DNA of 64,000 nucleotides from Octopus sinensis (lineage: Eukaryota), in NCBI RefSeq assembly GCF_006345805.1, contig NC_043013.1, positions 5,022,001-5,086,000 of the forward strand. Reading direction: 5' to 3'. The position numbers were made by a program, and so were the translations under genes. The notes below the pieces were generated by a model. That model was not told the DNA's origin. It ran no database searches and saw only the letters and a program-made list of their open reading frames with translations. Positions 24,512 to 37,610 of the stretch are shown piece after piece. Numbering within the stretch: the first letter of the stretch is position 1; each line of letters begins with the position of its first letter.

Positions 24512-25496
24512 TATAGGTTGTTACAGTGGGACACCTAATTTGTAGTATGAAACGTGAGGTCCTGGAGGGATACTGTTGCCCATAATTGCAGCAATGCAAC
24601 ACACATATGCCTATGCACATGCATGTCGGGGGAGGGGAACGGTGCCAGCCTGCCACTCTGAAATAAATCTGGAATCCAATATGGAATACTTTGAATGATT
24701 AATGAACCTCTGGAGTCGACATGTGCTCCAAATATGACATAGATATTTACTTCCATATTCGTGTTGCTGTTGTTGTTGTAACATAGTAGTGGCGATGGTG
24801 TTGGTGGTTGGGGCAGTGCTTGTCATGGTTTTGATGGTGGTGAAGGTTATAGCATTAGCAGTAGTAGTAGGAGGAGGAGGCGGTGGTAGTGGCTTTTTGG
24901 TGGTGGTGGTAGTAGTAGTAGTTTGTGGTCGCCCCCACCCCCAATAACAGCTGCAGCAGCTATTAAGGTGTAGGTTGTCAGGAAATGTATATGATGACAT
25001 ATAAATTGCAGAAGAAGGAGGCGGGGAGGGCAATGGATGAATGATGATGATGATTTGTGGTGGTGTTGTTGTTGGTGGTGGTGGTGGTGGTGAAAAGTGA
25101 AATATTAACCTGAAGTAGATGTTATTGTATGTAGTATGAGATGATAAAAGGTGTTTCTATGCATATACACATGTGTATGTATGTGTAATTTTGTGCATGT
25201 AAGCTCTGTGTGTGTATGTGTGTATATGTATATATATATATAACATACACACATAGGTATATTTCAGTTGTCAGTGATGGTTGAAATTTTTCTTTTTGGT
25301 TCTACGTTGTGTGTAGCTGCCTACATCATTTTATATGAGCATGTATGTATACATATATATGTGTGTATATATATGTATGTATAATGTAGTACAAGCAATT
25401 GTGTATGCATATATGCCACACTTGGTTGGCAATTATATGTTACGAGTCCGTATTGCTACTGTTTACATCCTGCTCAGAGATTTAATATAGCCTTAC

Positions 25497-25893
25497 CCCC
25501 TGACTGGCCTCTGTGCTGGTGGCACATAAAAAGCACCACCCGAACATCATCGATGCCAGGTCCGCCTGACTGGCTCCCGTGCCAGTGGCACATAAAAAGC
25601 ACCAACTGAACGTGGCTGATACCAGTACCCGCTGACTGGCCTCGTGCCAGTGGCACATAAAAAGCACTATCCGAACGTGATCGATGCCAGGTCCACTTGA
25701 CTGCCTCCTGTGCTGGTGGCACATAAAAAGCACCCACTACACTCTCAGAGTCGTTGGCATTAGGGAGGGCCACCAGCTGTAGAAACATTGCCAGATCAGA
25801 TTGGTGCCTAGTGCAGTTGCTGGCTCTCCAAACCTCAGTCAAACCGTCCAACCCATGCCAGCATGGAAAACGAACATTAAATGATGATGATGA
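25497..25893 (+). mobile_element. Repeat family C with four tandem ~66-nt internal modules
   Basis: tggcacataaaaagcac at about 25520, 25587, 25652 and 25718. Confidence 0.88.
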
Positions 25894-26062
25894 TATATAT
25901 GTGAGACAGATAAAACATGTAGTGTCAGAACAGATACCATAAGGCTTTTTTTCCCTCCTACATTCTGACAAATCTGCCAGTTTTGGCACTGATTACTAAA
26001 ATACTTTTATCTCTTCTCACCTCATTTTCCTTGCTCACTTATTCTTGGTTGGTTCATTGGAC

Positions 26063-26310
26063 AGAATCTTCCAAGTACTTCTCTGAATTGAGAGATTGCA
26101 GCTCCGATGCTATGGACCTCTGCTCAGAATGTCCCAGGAAAGACTTGCTGGACAGGTTTTACAGGTAAAACCAACCAGCAGGAGACCCAGAGGTAAATCC
26201 CAAGAAAGATCATTGGATAACATCCATGAGCTCGGTTAGTCTTGTCTGGGAATCCAGCCAGATCAATTGGAAATGATTGCTCCAGGCAGGACTTGATGGA
26301 AGGCATACTT
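26063..26310 (+). mobile_element. RTE-clade LINE relic (C-terminus of RT ORF)
   Basis: Translates LL*IERLQLRCYGPLLRMSQERLAGQVLQVKPTSRRPRGKSQERSLDNIHELG*SCLGIQP, matching the RTE motif LRWFGHxxRM...GxRPRGRP, with stops. Confidence 0.85.
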
Positions 26311-26329
26311 GACAAATAATTAATGATTT

Positions 26330-26540
26330 CAAATTTTGGCACAAGGCCTGCAATTTTAAAGGAGGGGATCAGTCAATTACATTGACCCCATTGCTCGTCA
26401 TCTACTACTTATTTTATCAACCCCAAATGGTTAAAAAACAAAGTTGTCCTTGATAGAATTTGAACTCAGATTCTAAACGCAGACAAAATGTCACAAAGCA
26501 TCTTGCCCATCTTGTTAACAACTCTGCCAGCTCACCACCT
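26330..26540 (-). mobile_element. SINE family B, old copy
   Basis: aaattttggcacaaggcc...gaatttgaactcaga...ctgccagctcacc. Confidence 0.75.
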
Positions 26541-27275
26541 CCACAAGAAATACCGTATTTTAACCCCAGTGTAGTTGGTGCTTTTTACGTGCCACCAGCA
26601 TAGAACCCCCTAAATTTGGGGCTTAAAATTTGGAAAACGTCTTGACTGCTGCCCGTACAACACTTTATTTTCCTTCTCCTGACTTTCATCTATGTTTGTT
26701 GCCACAAGGCTTCCACTTCACACGCCAGCTTAACCTAATTTGTCCTTTTGGTCGAAAGACACCTGCTGTTGTTCTTGTTGTTTGTATTTGGAATCGTGTA
26801 ACATTTTGTCCATGTAGTCACACATATTCACTCACTTTCTTCCTAAAATTTAATGCCCTTACCTGAGATTTTGGGAGACTACCAATTTTGATCAGTCTTG
26901 AGTGTAACAGGCCAAAACTGTAGTGATAATTGGAAACTTGACTGATGAATAGAAAGCCACAAATGTTCCATCCTGATTTTTCTGTTCATCTTTGTATTGT
27001 CCATCTGTCCGTATGTTTTCATTGTCGCCCGTTACATTCTTGTTCCATTTTTTGGATTTATATATCTTATAATACTATCCTCATATATTTTCAGCCTAAT
27101 TTTTAAAAAAAAAAAAAAAGGGTTACTTATACACATTAAAATGCAGTAATTAATAACACAATAAATTTTAGCGATTCAGCATTTACTTCTATAAAAATTT
27201 AATATTACCAAAAATTAATGGATAATTTAATTCTTCACTCTATTTATGTTCATAATTTTTTCATATTTTTTGCAG

Positions 27276-27365
27276 GCGCTCATATTCCGTGATGGCAACT
27301 TGGTTTGTGGCTCTCTTGAAGCTCTTGTACAACATCTTCTGCCCACAAGAGACTACTACCCAGAT
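27276..27365 (+). CDS. RASGEF1: RasGEF1-family exon, start of REM domain (ALIFRDGNLVCGSLEALVQHLLPTRDYYPD)
   Basis: ttttttgcAG acceptor, GTAAGT donor, 90 nt, phase 0-0. Peptide matches the RASGEF1 motif GSLEALIQHLVPxxDYYPD as I recall it. Confidence 0.93.
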
Positions 27366-27504
27366 GTAAGTCACCAACTCATTTTATTTTCTTTGTTTTT
27401 GGTTCACATTTGAGGGAATATATCCATTCTAATGTTGGCCTACTCCTTTGGACTAGAGTGGTGTGTGTGTGTGTTGTTTTAAACGTATCAAAAAAAAGTT
27501 TTTG

Positions 27505-27852
27505 TGGCTGTGTGGTAAGAAGTTTGCTTCCCAACCACATGGTTTCAGGTTCAGTCCTGCTGCATGGCATCTTGGGCAAGTGTCTTTTACTATAGCCTCG
27601 GACCAACCAAAGCCATGTGAGTTGATTTGGTAGACGGAAACTGAAAGAAGCCTGTTGTATACATGTGTGTTTGTGTGTGTCTTTATGTCTGTGTTTACAT
27701 CCCTGTGACTTAGTAGTTCAGCAAAAGACACCAAAAGAATATATGCCATGCTTTAAAAAAAAAAGTACTACAGTTGATTCATTTAGCTAAAAAATTTTCA
27801 AAGCAGTGCCCCAGCATGGCCACAGTCTAATGACTGAATCGAGTGTAAGATA
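27505..27852 (+). mobile_element. SINE family A
   Basis: Head through tail recognisable. Confidence 0.85.
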
Positions 27853-28239
27853 ACTGGTAAAAGAAAATAGTCACAATATTTGAAGAAAGGTTTTCTATAA
27901 TTACAAATTATTTAATTACATAAAAAATATCTTACAATAACAGAATGACGCAAACCTTTTGTAAAGATTTTTTCAAGTGTGTGTGTGTGTGTGTGTGTGC
28001 ATATATTTATACACACACACACACACACATAATCGTGTGTCTACACAGGCATAATTGAAACCTGTCCTATATATGACACCGTGGATGGAGGTTGGACCAG
28101 ATATTAAACTCTACTATGATGTTTGTAATAAACACACACATATAAAAATACAGCCACACTGAGCCTAGCAGCTGTATAAACATCTGCAGCATCCCCGTCC
28201 CGTGTCTTGTAACGAACAACATAAGTGAAAATAAAGAAA

Positions 28240-28354
28240 CCCTATGATATATATCTATATTATATATATATATACACCACACACAATCATATATGTATAT
28301 ATACCTACATATGTATATGTGTGTGTATGTTTGTATGTATGTATGTATATATAC

Positions 28355-28392
<38 letters not shown>

Positions 28393-28950
28393 ATACATGT
28401 ACATACACATATATATATATTGTATATATATGTATGTATATGTATATATATATATTATGTATATGTATATATATATATTGTATATATATATACATACATA
28501 TATGTGTATATATATATACATACATATATGTGTATATATATGCACATACATATATATATGTGTATATATATGCATATACATACATGCACACACACACATA
28601 CGTGTGTGTGAGTGTCATAAGCTGCAACTTGTTGCTACAATGTTATGTAGCTGTGTGTGCATATTGGTGCATGCAATTATTGCAGATTGTCTGTTGCATC
28701 GCAGTGCACTGCCAGTCGCTGTTTGTGCGTGTTACACCACACTGCACCACTCACAGTTTGCAATGTGTGTTACATGACAATGTGCCACCTGTCAACACAG
28801 TGCGACACCAATCAATGTATCTGTGACGCTACTACGACACCCTATTCTCTCTCTCCTCTCTCTCTCCTCTCTCTCTCCTCTCTCCTCTCTCTCTCTCTCT
28901 CTCTCTCCTCTCTCTCCTCTCTCCCCCCTCTCTCCCTCTCTCCCTCTCTC

Positions 28951-29022
<72 letters not shown>
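28240..29022. repeat. (TA/TG)n low-complexity tract and (CT)n tract
   Basis: Visible at 28240-28610 and 28845-29020. Confidence 0.9.
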
Positions 29023-29024
<2 letters not shown>

Positions 29025-29062
29025 TGTTTGTGTTACCAGTTACAAATTAGGTGAAAATATTC

Positions 29063-29345
29063 TTTTCTACTCTAGGCACAAGGTCTGAAATTTTGCAGGG
29101 AGGGGGCCAATTGATTAGATTGACTCTAGTATGCAACTGGTACTTAGTTTATCGACCCCAAAATGATGAAAAGCAAAGTCAACCTCAGTGGAATTTGAAC
29201 TCAGAATGTGAAGACGGACGAGATGCAGCTAAGCATTCTGCCCAACATGCTAACCATTCTGCCAACTCCACCGCCTTCCAATATGAAAGGCAAAACTGAC
29301 TTCGGCAGAATTTGAACTCAGAATGTAAACAGATGAAATGCTGAA
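29063..29345 (-). mobile_element. SINE family B plus a partial second unit
   Basis: Reverse-complement match. Confidence 0.8.
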
Positions 29346-29346
29346 A

Positions 29347-29720
29347 TCATCATCATCATCGTTTAGCGTCCGCTTTCCATGCTGGCATGGGTTGGACGGT
29401 TCAACTGGGGTCTGGGAAGCCAGAAGGCTGCACCAGGCCCAGTCTGATCTGGCAATGTTTCTACGGCTGGATGCCCTTCCTAACGCCAACCACTCCGTGA
29501 GTGTAGTGGGTGCTTTTTACGTGCCACCGGCACGGGTGTCAGACGAGGCTGGCAAACGGCCATGATCGGATGGTGCTTTTTATGTGCCACCGGCAGGGAG
29601 ACCAGACGAGGCTGGCAACGGCCACAATTGGATGGTGCTTTTTACGTGCCACCAGCATGGAGGCTAGTCAGGGCAGCGCTGGCTACGGCCACATTCGGAT
29701 GGTTCTCTTACGTGGCACTG
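29347..29720 (-). mobile_element. Repeat family C with internal modules
   Basis: catcatcgtttagcgtccgctttccatgctggcatggg and repeated ggtgctttttacgtgccacc. Confidence 0.88.
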
Positions 29721-30468
29721 GCATCACAGCTAGAAATTCCATTGATGTTGATCGATTACGATTTTGATTTTCACTTGCCTCAACAGGTGAAGTATAAACG
29801 ATAATGACCAATGATAATCCAAATAACTTCAGAAAGATTTAAAATAAAATGGGAGAAAAAAAGAAAAGCAAACAAATTTATGTAAGAACCCAACAGAATG
29901 CAGTGTGTGTGTGTGTGTGTGTGTGTGCATGCATATGTTTATCAATGGTTCTATCATCATTATATTTTGTATATTACATTGTTTTGTTTTTATTAATAGT
30001 GGGCAACAAATTATGGATATTAATGTGTGAATTTGTTTTCTAAATATATACAATGTTTGAGGTGTGTCTTTCTCCATAGAGGTGTGTATGTTTGGGTGGT
30101 GGTGGTGGTGGTGAGGGCTGGTGGTTACATACATTTGTGCTTATAGAAATAAATATGCCTTATAGCTTTGTGTATATATATGTGTGCATGTTTTTTTCTG
30201 GGGGTTGGCGGGACGGGTTTTAGATATGTTGATATTTATAGACGCAGTTATGACTAGCTTTTAGTGTGTCTGTGTGTGTGGGTTTGTTTTCATTAGTGTG
30301 TATTGTGTAGTATGTGTGTCGGCCTACACAAAGGTATATAGAAGTATATAGGCCTATTGATTCCTGGGTATAGTGAGGCATAGATGTAGAGAGAATTATT
30401 GATTTCTATAGCGAGATATATGTATGCGTGTGTATATATATATATATATATATATATGTTTATGTATG

Positions 30469-30519
<51 letters not shown>

Positions 30520-30525
<6 letters not shown>

Positions 30526-30710
30526 TTTTCCTCCGTCTTCCCTTCTCTGGATCTTTCCTTCTCCTATGTTTCCGACGAAGAGCTCCGCTCGAAACATTAA
30601 ACCCTCCTTCTTACCTTCTTTCCTGAGCGTCCAATAATACTATATTTGTTCCACGTCCTCGCGTTGTTGTGTTTTCTCTTTGTGTTTTCATGTTTGGATT
30701 AACTTTATAG
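30520..30710 (+). mobile_element. Short (TA)n-inserted element with hammerhead-like motif at 30568-30602
   Basis: GUUU-CCGACGA-A-GAGC-UCC-GCUC-GAAA-C-AUU-AAAC; downstream ttcctgagcg..taatac..tttgtt..ccac shared with 5873-6035. Confidence 0.65.
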
Positions 30711-30734
30711 ATATATATATACATATATGTATGT

Positions 30735-30928
30735 ATGTATTTGTGTATCTGTGTTTGTCCGTGCCACCATCGCTGGACAACTGATATTGGTGTGTTTACG
30801 TCTCCATAACTTAGCAGTTTGGCAAAAGAAACCGATTGAATGAGTACTAGGCTTACAAAGCATAAGCGCTGGGGTCGAAAGCAGTGCTCCAGCATGGCCC
30901 AGACTGAAACAAGGAAAAGAATAAAAGA
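30735..30928 (+). mobile_element. SINE family A, 3' half
   Basis: ggtgtgtttacg...aacttagcagt...gtgctccagcatggcc. Confidence 0.78.
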
Positions 30929-30964
30929 ATATATATATGTGTGTATGTGCGACTATATATATAT

Positions 30965-31001
<37 letters not shown>

Positions 31002-31569
31002 GTGTATGTGCGACTATATATATATATATATATATGCACACACATATATATATATACATATATATATACACATATATATACATATATATACACTGTCGGC
31101 TTGCCTGCGTGTCTGCATGCCTGTCTGTCGCTCTGTCTGTTTGTCTGGCATATATATATACATATATACATATATATATATATATATGCACATACATGCA
31201 TACACATATATGTATGCATGTATAAGTGCAGAGAGAAAGGGAAAAAGAGAAGTAAAACACACACACACACACAAATGAGTCCAGAGTTTATCTGTGTTGT
31301 GCGTGTTTTTCTATATTAAAGGAGTGACATGCTGGTTTATTAAATAGTCATTAGTCATTACTCATTTACCAGCTATATTTCAACCCGAGTGACACAGCAA
31401 TCCTGATTAAATATATTGATTACATACAATTACTGTACAACACCAGAAGCAGCATGGGATGCAGTAGCAGCAGCAGCAATATCTGTTGGTCCCTACAGGT
31501 CCTGTGATATCCAGCCCCTAACCCCACTGCTTTACTTATTTGTCAATCCATTTAGTATATGTTGCCTTA

Positions 31570-32255
31570 ATCCCTTCTCTCCCTCTCTCTCTCTGTTTCT
31601 TTGTATCTCTCTCTCTCTCTATCTCTTTCCCTGTGTTTCTCCCTTTCTCACTCACTCCCTCTCTGCGTTTCTCCCTCTCCCTCTCTCACGTGCCCCCTTT
31701 CTGTCTTTCTCTCTCGCTCCTTCTCTGCCTTTCTACCTCTCCCTCTCTCTGCTTCTCTCACTCTTCCTTGCCTTCTCTCTGCCTCTCCCATTCTCTCACC
31801 GTCTTTCACACTCTCTCTCATTCTATCTCTCTCTTTCCCTTCCCCTCTCTCTGTGTCCTTTTCTCTCTCTCTTTCTCTTCCCCCCTCTCTCTCTGTCCTT
31901 TCCTCAATGTCCTCTCTATCTTGCTTGCTCACCCGCTCTCTCTTCTGTTTCCCCACTCTCCCTTCTCTCTTTCTCTCCCCTTCTATCTCTCACTCTCTCT
32001 CTCTCTCTTTCCCTACCCTTCTCTCTATCCCTTTCTCTGTCCTTTCCTCTATGTCCTCTCTGTATTGCTTGCTCACCTCCTCTCTCTTCTGTCTCCCCCA
32101 CTCCATTTCTCTCTCCTTCTCTCTCTCTCTTTCTTTCTTTCTCTCTCTTTCTTTCTCTCTCTCTCTTTCTCTCTCTCTCTCTTTCTTTCTCTCTCTCTTT
32201 CTTTCTCTCTCTCTCTTTCTTTCCCTCCCTCTCTCTCTCTCTCTCTTTCTCTGTC
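31570..32255. repeat. ~690-bp polypyrimidine (CT-rich) tract
   Basis: Visible; includes a short internal duplication (about 31890 vs 32035). Confidence 0.92.
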
Positions 32256-32719
32256 CGACCAACTCTGACACATGAAACAGAATGATGGACAGATATAATA
32301 CAGATTATATATTAATAATATAGCAGAAAGACTGCTTCTTGTTCTTGTTCTTGTTATCGGTGGTGGTGGCGTAGGACAAGAAGAAGGTGGAGGAGGAGAA
32401 GGAAGAGGAATAAGAACAAAGCCACTCTTATCAATCTACTCGTTAGTTCTGATTATCTTATTGAAATAACCAACATATTTTACTTTTGCTTTTTTTTTTT
32501 CAGTTTTTGTTTTTATCTATATATTGGTAGACAATTCCTTCATTACTAAAAACTAACCGTTTTCTTGTGAAGCGTGTGCATGCACACACACACACCACAC
32601 ACACACACACACACAAGCATGCACTTGATATGTACATGTGTGTTTGCATATATATGTGTGTTGTATATATATATACATATACACACATACACCTAGAATT
32701 GCCTGACTACATGTGTGTT

Positions 32720-32799
<80 letters not shown>

Positions 32800-33614
32800 A
32801 TATCTGTGTGTAATATACAAGTGTGTATGTATATATATATATACAGAGAGAGAGAGAGAGAGAGAGATGTATGTATAAGTATATATATATACATGTTTCT
32901 TTATAGATATATGTGCATATATATATATATATATATATAGGTGTGTATATGTATACACACACACACACACACACATCTATATATATATATGTATAATACG
33001 CACACAGATAGACTTCAGTCTTTCAACCCAAACACTATGGTTAAAAGCGCCGCCGCCGCCAGTGGCAACTGACATTACTTGTACAAAGATTGCAATCAAC
33101 TGAAGACTAAAAGACTACTTCTTCACCATTATTACAAAAGAGAAGGAAGAGAAGATGGCACACGTCGCGCTTTGTAAGCAATGGCTTAGCAAGTGTGTTT
33201 ACATAATGTATTCTTGATGTATAACCAAAGCAAGTTGTTAAACAATGATTACTGTGTTTAACAAATTAGCTGCTGTCTTCTTCATAGACACATAGGTTCA
33301 TTGTATGATTATAAAGACCTATATACCTCGTTAGTGGATCACCCTGTTTTGTTCCTGTTGTTCGGTGTTGACCGAGAATGTTGCTTCTCTGTCTATGTGT
33401 GTGTCTGTGTAGGAAGATGATTTGCTCAATGTCTCTCTCTCACTCTCTCTCTCTTTATGCATGTGTGTGTGTGTGTCTGTGTGTACATAACTCATATACA
33501 CACATGCATGCATACATATACACATATACATATATATATATATGTATATATATTTACACACACATATACAGAGAAATTTATATCTATATATATCTATCTA
33601 TCTATATATCTATC

Positions 33615-33689
<75 letters not shown>

Positions 33690-33961
33690 ACACACATATG
33701 CATATGTATGCATATATTTGTGTGTGTGTGTGTGTGTGTGTGTGTGGAGGGGCAGGCAAACAGATGGACAGACTTCTGATTGTCTTTCAATATTCATAAG
33801 AATTCAAAGAATTCTACAGAACTGGACATTAATGGAATGTTTGTATGTTTGTATCTTCTTTGAAAGCCTTCTTTCATAATGTACGCTGACATCTTGTATC
33901 TCTAGCTGTATGTTTACATATTTAGTGCTCAGTTGATATATTTAGCTCTTTTGAGGACGTT

Positions 33962-34170
33962 GAGCTCGCAGAACTGTTTGCATGCCAGGTAACAATACTT
34001 ACCAGTATTTCATCCATCGCTATGTTCTGAGTTCAAATTCTGCCATGGTAAACTTTGCCTTTCATCCTTTCAGGGTCTATAGAATAAGTAATCAGCTAAA
34101 AAGTGGGGTTGATGCCATCGACTTATCCCCTTCTTGAACTTGTTGATCTTTTCCCAAAATTTGAAACCAA
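33962..34170 (+). mobile_element. SINE family B, old copy
   Basis: ttctgagttcaaattctgcc..tttgcctttcatcctttc. Confidence 0.78.
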
Positions 34171-34189
34171 TGAAGTGCCTTCCCAAGTT

Positions 34190-34405
34190 GTACAGACTCA
34201 TAAGGGCCGGTTTCCTGGTTTAATAATCCCCACCTGGATGGGATGCCAGTCCATCACAGATTTACTCCTTTTTGCTAGCTGAGTGGGTTAAAGCAATGTG
34301 AAATGAAGTGTTTTGCTCAAGAACATAGCGCATTACCCAGTCCAGGAATGGAAACCACAATTTTATGATAATGAGTCCAACACCCTAACCACTAAACCAT
34401 GTTCC
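34190..34405 (-). mobile_element. tRNA-derived SINE family E
   Basis: Minus-strand tRNA-like head (tggtttagtggttagggtgttggactc) followed by cttgagcaaaacacttcatttcac. Confidence 0.75.
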
Positions 34406-34459
34406 TCCATATGTTAGTATGCTCAGTGCAAAAATTAAGATAAAAGTGAATTAAGCAAA

Positions 34460-34864
34460 GGAGTGTGTGTGGTAAGTAGCTTGCTTACCAACCACATGGT
34501 TCTGGGTTCAGTCCCACTGCATGGCACCTTGGGCAAGTGTCTTCTACTATAGCCTCGGGCCAACCAAAGCATTGTGAGTGGATTTGGTAGACGGAAACTG
34601 AAAGAAGCCCATCATATATGTATATATGTGTGTGTGTCTGTTTGTTTATATGTTTGTGTGTCTATGTTTGTCCCCCCAACAACACTTGACAACCGATGGT
34701 GGTGTGTTTACATCCCCGTAACTTAGTGGTTCAGCAAAAGAGACCGATAGAATAAGTACTAGGCTTACAAAGAATAAGTCCTGGGGGTCGATTTGCTCGA
34801 CTAAAGGCTGTGCTCTAGCATGGCCACAGTCAAATCACTGAAACAAGTAAAAGAGTAAAAGAGT
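34460..34864 (+). mobile_element. SINE family A, full length
   Basis: Complete family match with (AAAAGAGT)2 tail. Confidence 0.9.
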
Positions 34865-36847
34865 AGTTGCCTCCTTTTATGGGTCTAGCCACTGAGATCT
34901 CATAAGAATCTCTCAAAATCTCACAAAGCCAGCGTTTAGCTCAACATTCAGCGACATTTAAGTATGGCAGCCATTTGCACAAGATTTGGTGCCTAATATT
35001 CATGGCTACAACAAGTGAGGCACAACGAAAATATCTTGGATTGATTGATGATAACATTCCTGCAATATTTCTTTCTATATTTGGGCAGGACATATGTGAT
35101 TGATGAGATTTTAGTTCAATATTTAATCCACTTGACTGATTTTTCCCTCCATTCTTACACACACACACACACACACACACATTGCGTGAGTGTATATACA
35201 TGTACATATTCATACACACACATACGCATTCACAATATTTCAATTGTGTATGTGTATGTACACATACGCACACATTCATATACACATCCATAACATTGCA
35301 ATATTTGTGTGAGTGTAGATGCATAGGCATACATTTGCATATCCTTCCACATAAATTTGCATACACGCATACACTCACGTTCACACAGAGACAAATACAC
35401 ACAGGCATATATACATACACATGTGGCCATACTACATCCATATTCACATACAAAAATAGACATATACATATACATACATACATACATGCATATTCACACG
35501 TACATTTTCATCTGCGCACAGACAGGTACATACACACACACACACACACCTTCTTACGATATTGTTCATCTCCACATGTATTTAATGTTGGTGTGTTGTG
35601 GTTGAATGGCTAAGATGGTTGTTTCACAATCATGAGGCCATGGGTTCAATCCTCGGCCTGGCTTCTTTAGTATGTTCCTTTTTCCATAGCCTCAGACCCA
35701 AGTAAGCCTTCTGACAGACACCGAGTAGATGGAAATGGTAAGGAAGCCCATCAGATGGATTAAAACATCTCAGCTTCATCACATGCTGTGTCACATGACT
35801 GAAAGAGCAGAACGTTTGGTTGATCGAACTAAATGATCATCTTAGAAACTGACTGAGATCCATTTCCATTGCAAACGATATCTTTACATTGTCATAAAGC
35901 TACACTTTATACAAAAAAAATGTGAGACGTATTACTGTTGATGTATGAAGGACCCCAAGATGCCACTGGTATTATTTTTATCAACCCCTATAATTAAGTC
36001 AGATCTTGTGTATTGAGTGGGGGTGGAATGGAGGTTTAACTCTCTCTCTTTCTCCCTTTCTATCTATCTTCCTCTGCCCCACTCTCCCACTCCCTGTCTT
36101 TCATTGTTCCTCTCACTCTCTTCCTCTCCACTCCCTCTCCTTTTTCGTTCTCTCCCTTTCTCTCTCCCTCCACCCCATCATCATCTTCTCATCTTCCTCT
36201 TTTTCTCCCCTTCCCATCTCTCTCTCTCTCTCCCCACTACCTCACCCTTCAAAAAATCTTCCCTCTCTCCCTTCCTCTTTCATTGCTCATCCTATCACCT
36301 TCTCTCCGTCCCTGCCTCCCCCTCTTCACTCACTTTCTCCTTCCCCACTTCTTCCTCCTCATCCTGCCTCTCCATATTTCATCATCTCCTCTTTACCCTT
36401 CCCCCCACCCCCAACACACTGTCCTCCTTCCTCTCCGTAATTCAATGACTAAACTGTTGTGATTTCAGGATAAAAACCATCTCCAATATTTTCCAAATAC
36501 TCCCTCCCCCCTCCCATTCCATTCCATCAGTTTCCGGATTTTTTATCGATATTTTTCATTTTTTTCCTTCTTTCTTTTCATTCATTTCTTTTATTTATTC
36601 TTTCCCTCTTTTCTTTCTTTTCTCCTTTCATCATTATCCATCATCATTTCACATCTGTTTTCCATGCTGGCATGGGTTAGACGGCTTGATACAAACTGGG
36701 AAAACTAGAGGCCATACCTGTTTCCATAATCTGATTTGCCAAGGTGTCTATGGGTGGATACCCTTCCTAATGCCAACCACTCCACAGTGTACCAGGTTCA
36801 TTTTATGTGGTACTATCACAAGTGCTTTCTAAGTGACACCAGCACCA

Positions 36848-36881
<34 letters not shown>

Positions 36882-37007
36882 ACTTAGCTGTATTTCGTCC
36901 ATCTTTACATTCTGTGTTCAAATTCCAGCAAGGTCAACTTTGCCTGTCATCCTTTTGGGGTCAGCTAATTAAGTACCAGTGAAAATTTCAGGTGTTGTGC
37001 CTCTAGT

Positions 37008-37170
37008 CATCATCATCATCATCCAGTGTTTTAAATCAGGGTTTTGTCCCATAAATGGGGGGGTAGCCAGATCTACCTCAGTGCCATAGCAACCACCCTC
37101 ACACCATCTTGCCTGGTTTTGGACATCCTCCCTTCTCAAGCCAACCCTCCCAATCTCCTCTTCCACCTTC
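37008..37170 (-). mobile_element. RTE LINE 3' end relic
   Basis: VEEEIGRVGLRREDVQNQARW motif followed by a (GAT)n tail. Confidence 0.7.
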
Positions 37171-37439
37171 CCCTCCATATATAATAGAAAGGATTATTGT
37201 TGTTGTTGTTATTATTGCTTGTTCCATGCTCACATGGGGCAGAAGGAATTTGTTGAGGCAGGTTTTCCACAGCTGGATGCCCTTCCTGTCACAAACCCTC
37301 ACCTGTTTCCAAATAAGGTAATATTTCCCCAAAGCCAGGTAGGTTTCCATGACAGACTGGAAATGACTGACACTGCTTATATGACAGTGACGCTCGTTTA
37401 CTTTTATCGCACAATGTCAAAGCAAGGAGACAGTAACAC

Positions 37440-37610
37440 ACACACATATGATGGGCTTCTTTTAGTTTCCATCCACCAAATCCACTCACGAAGCTTTTGT
37501 CGGCCCAGGGTTTTAGTAAAAAAACACTTGCCCAAGATGCCATGCTGTGGATTTGAACTTAAAACCATGTGGTTGGGAAGCAAACTTCTTACCACACAGC
37601 CATACCTGCC
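37440..37610 (-). mobile_element. SINE family A, 5' half
   Basis: Reverse-complement head and body. Confidence 0.78.

Noticed and set aside
25497-25740. CRISPR-like regularly spaced repeats
   Set aside because: The spacers are homologous to each other, the array is part of a retroposon, the DNA is eukaryotic and there are no cas genes.
31416-32285. Ser/Leu-rich ORFs (also 2812-3551 and 36006-36448)
   Set aside because: Products of CT-rich microsatellite tracts.
33155-33179. Alternative coding first exon (ATGGCACAC...TTT|GTAAGC)
   Set aside because: The ATG frame ends at phase 1, incompatible with the phase-0 exon at 44621; weak donor context.
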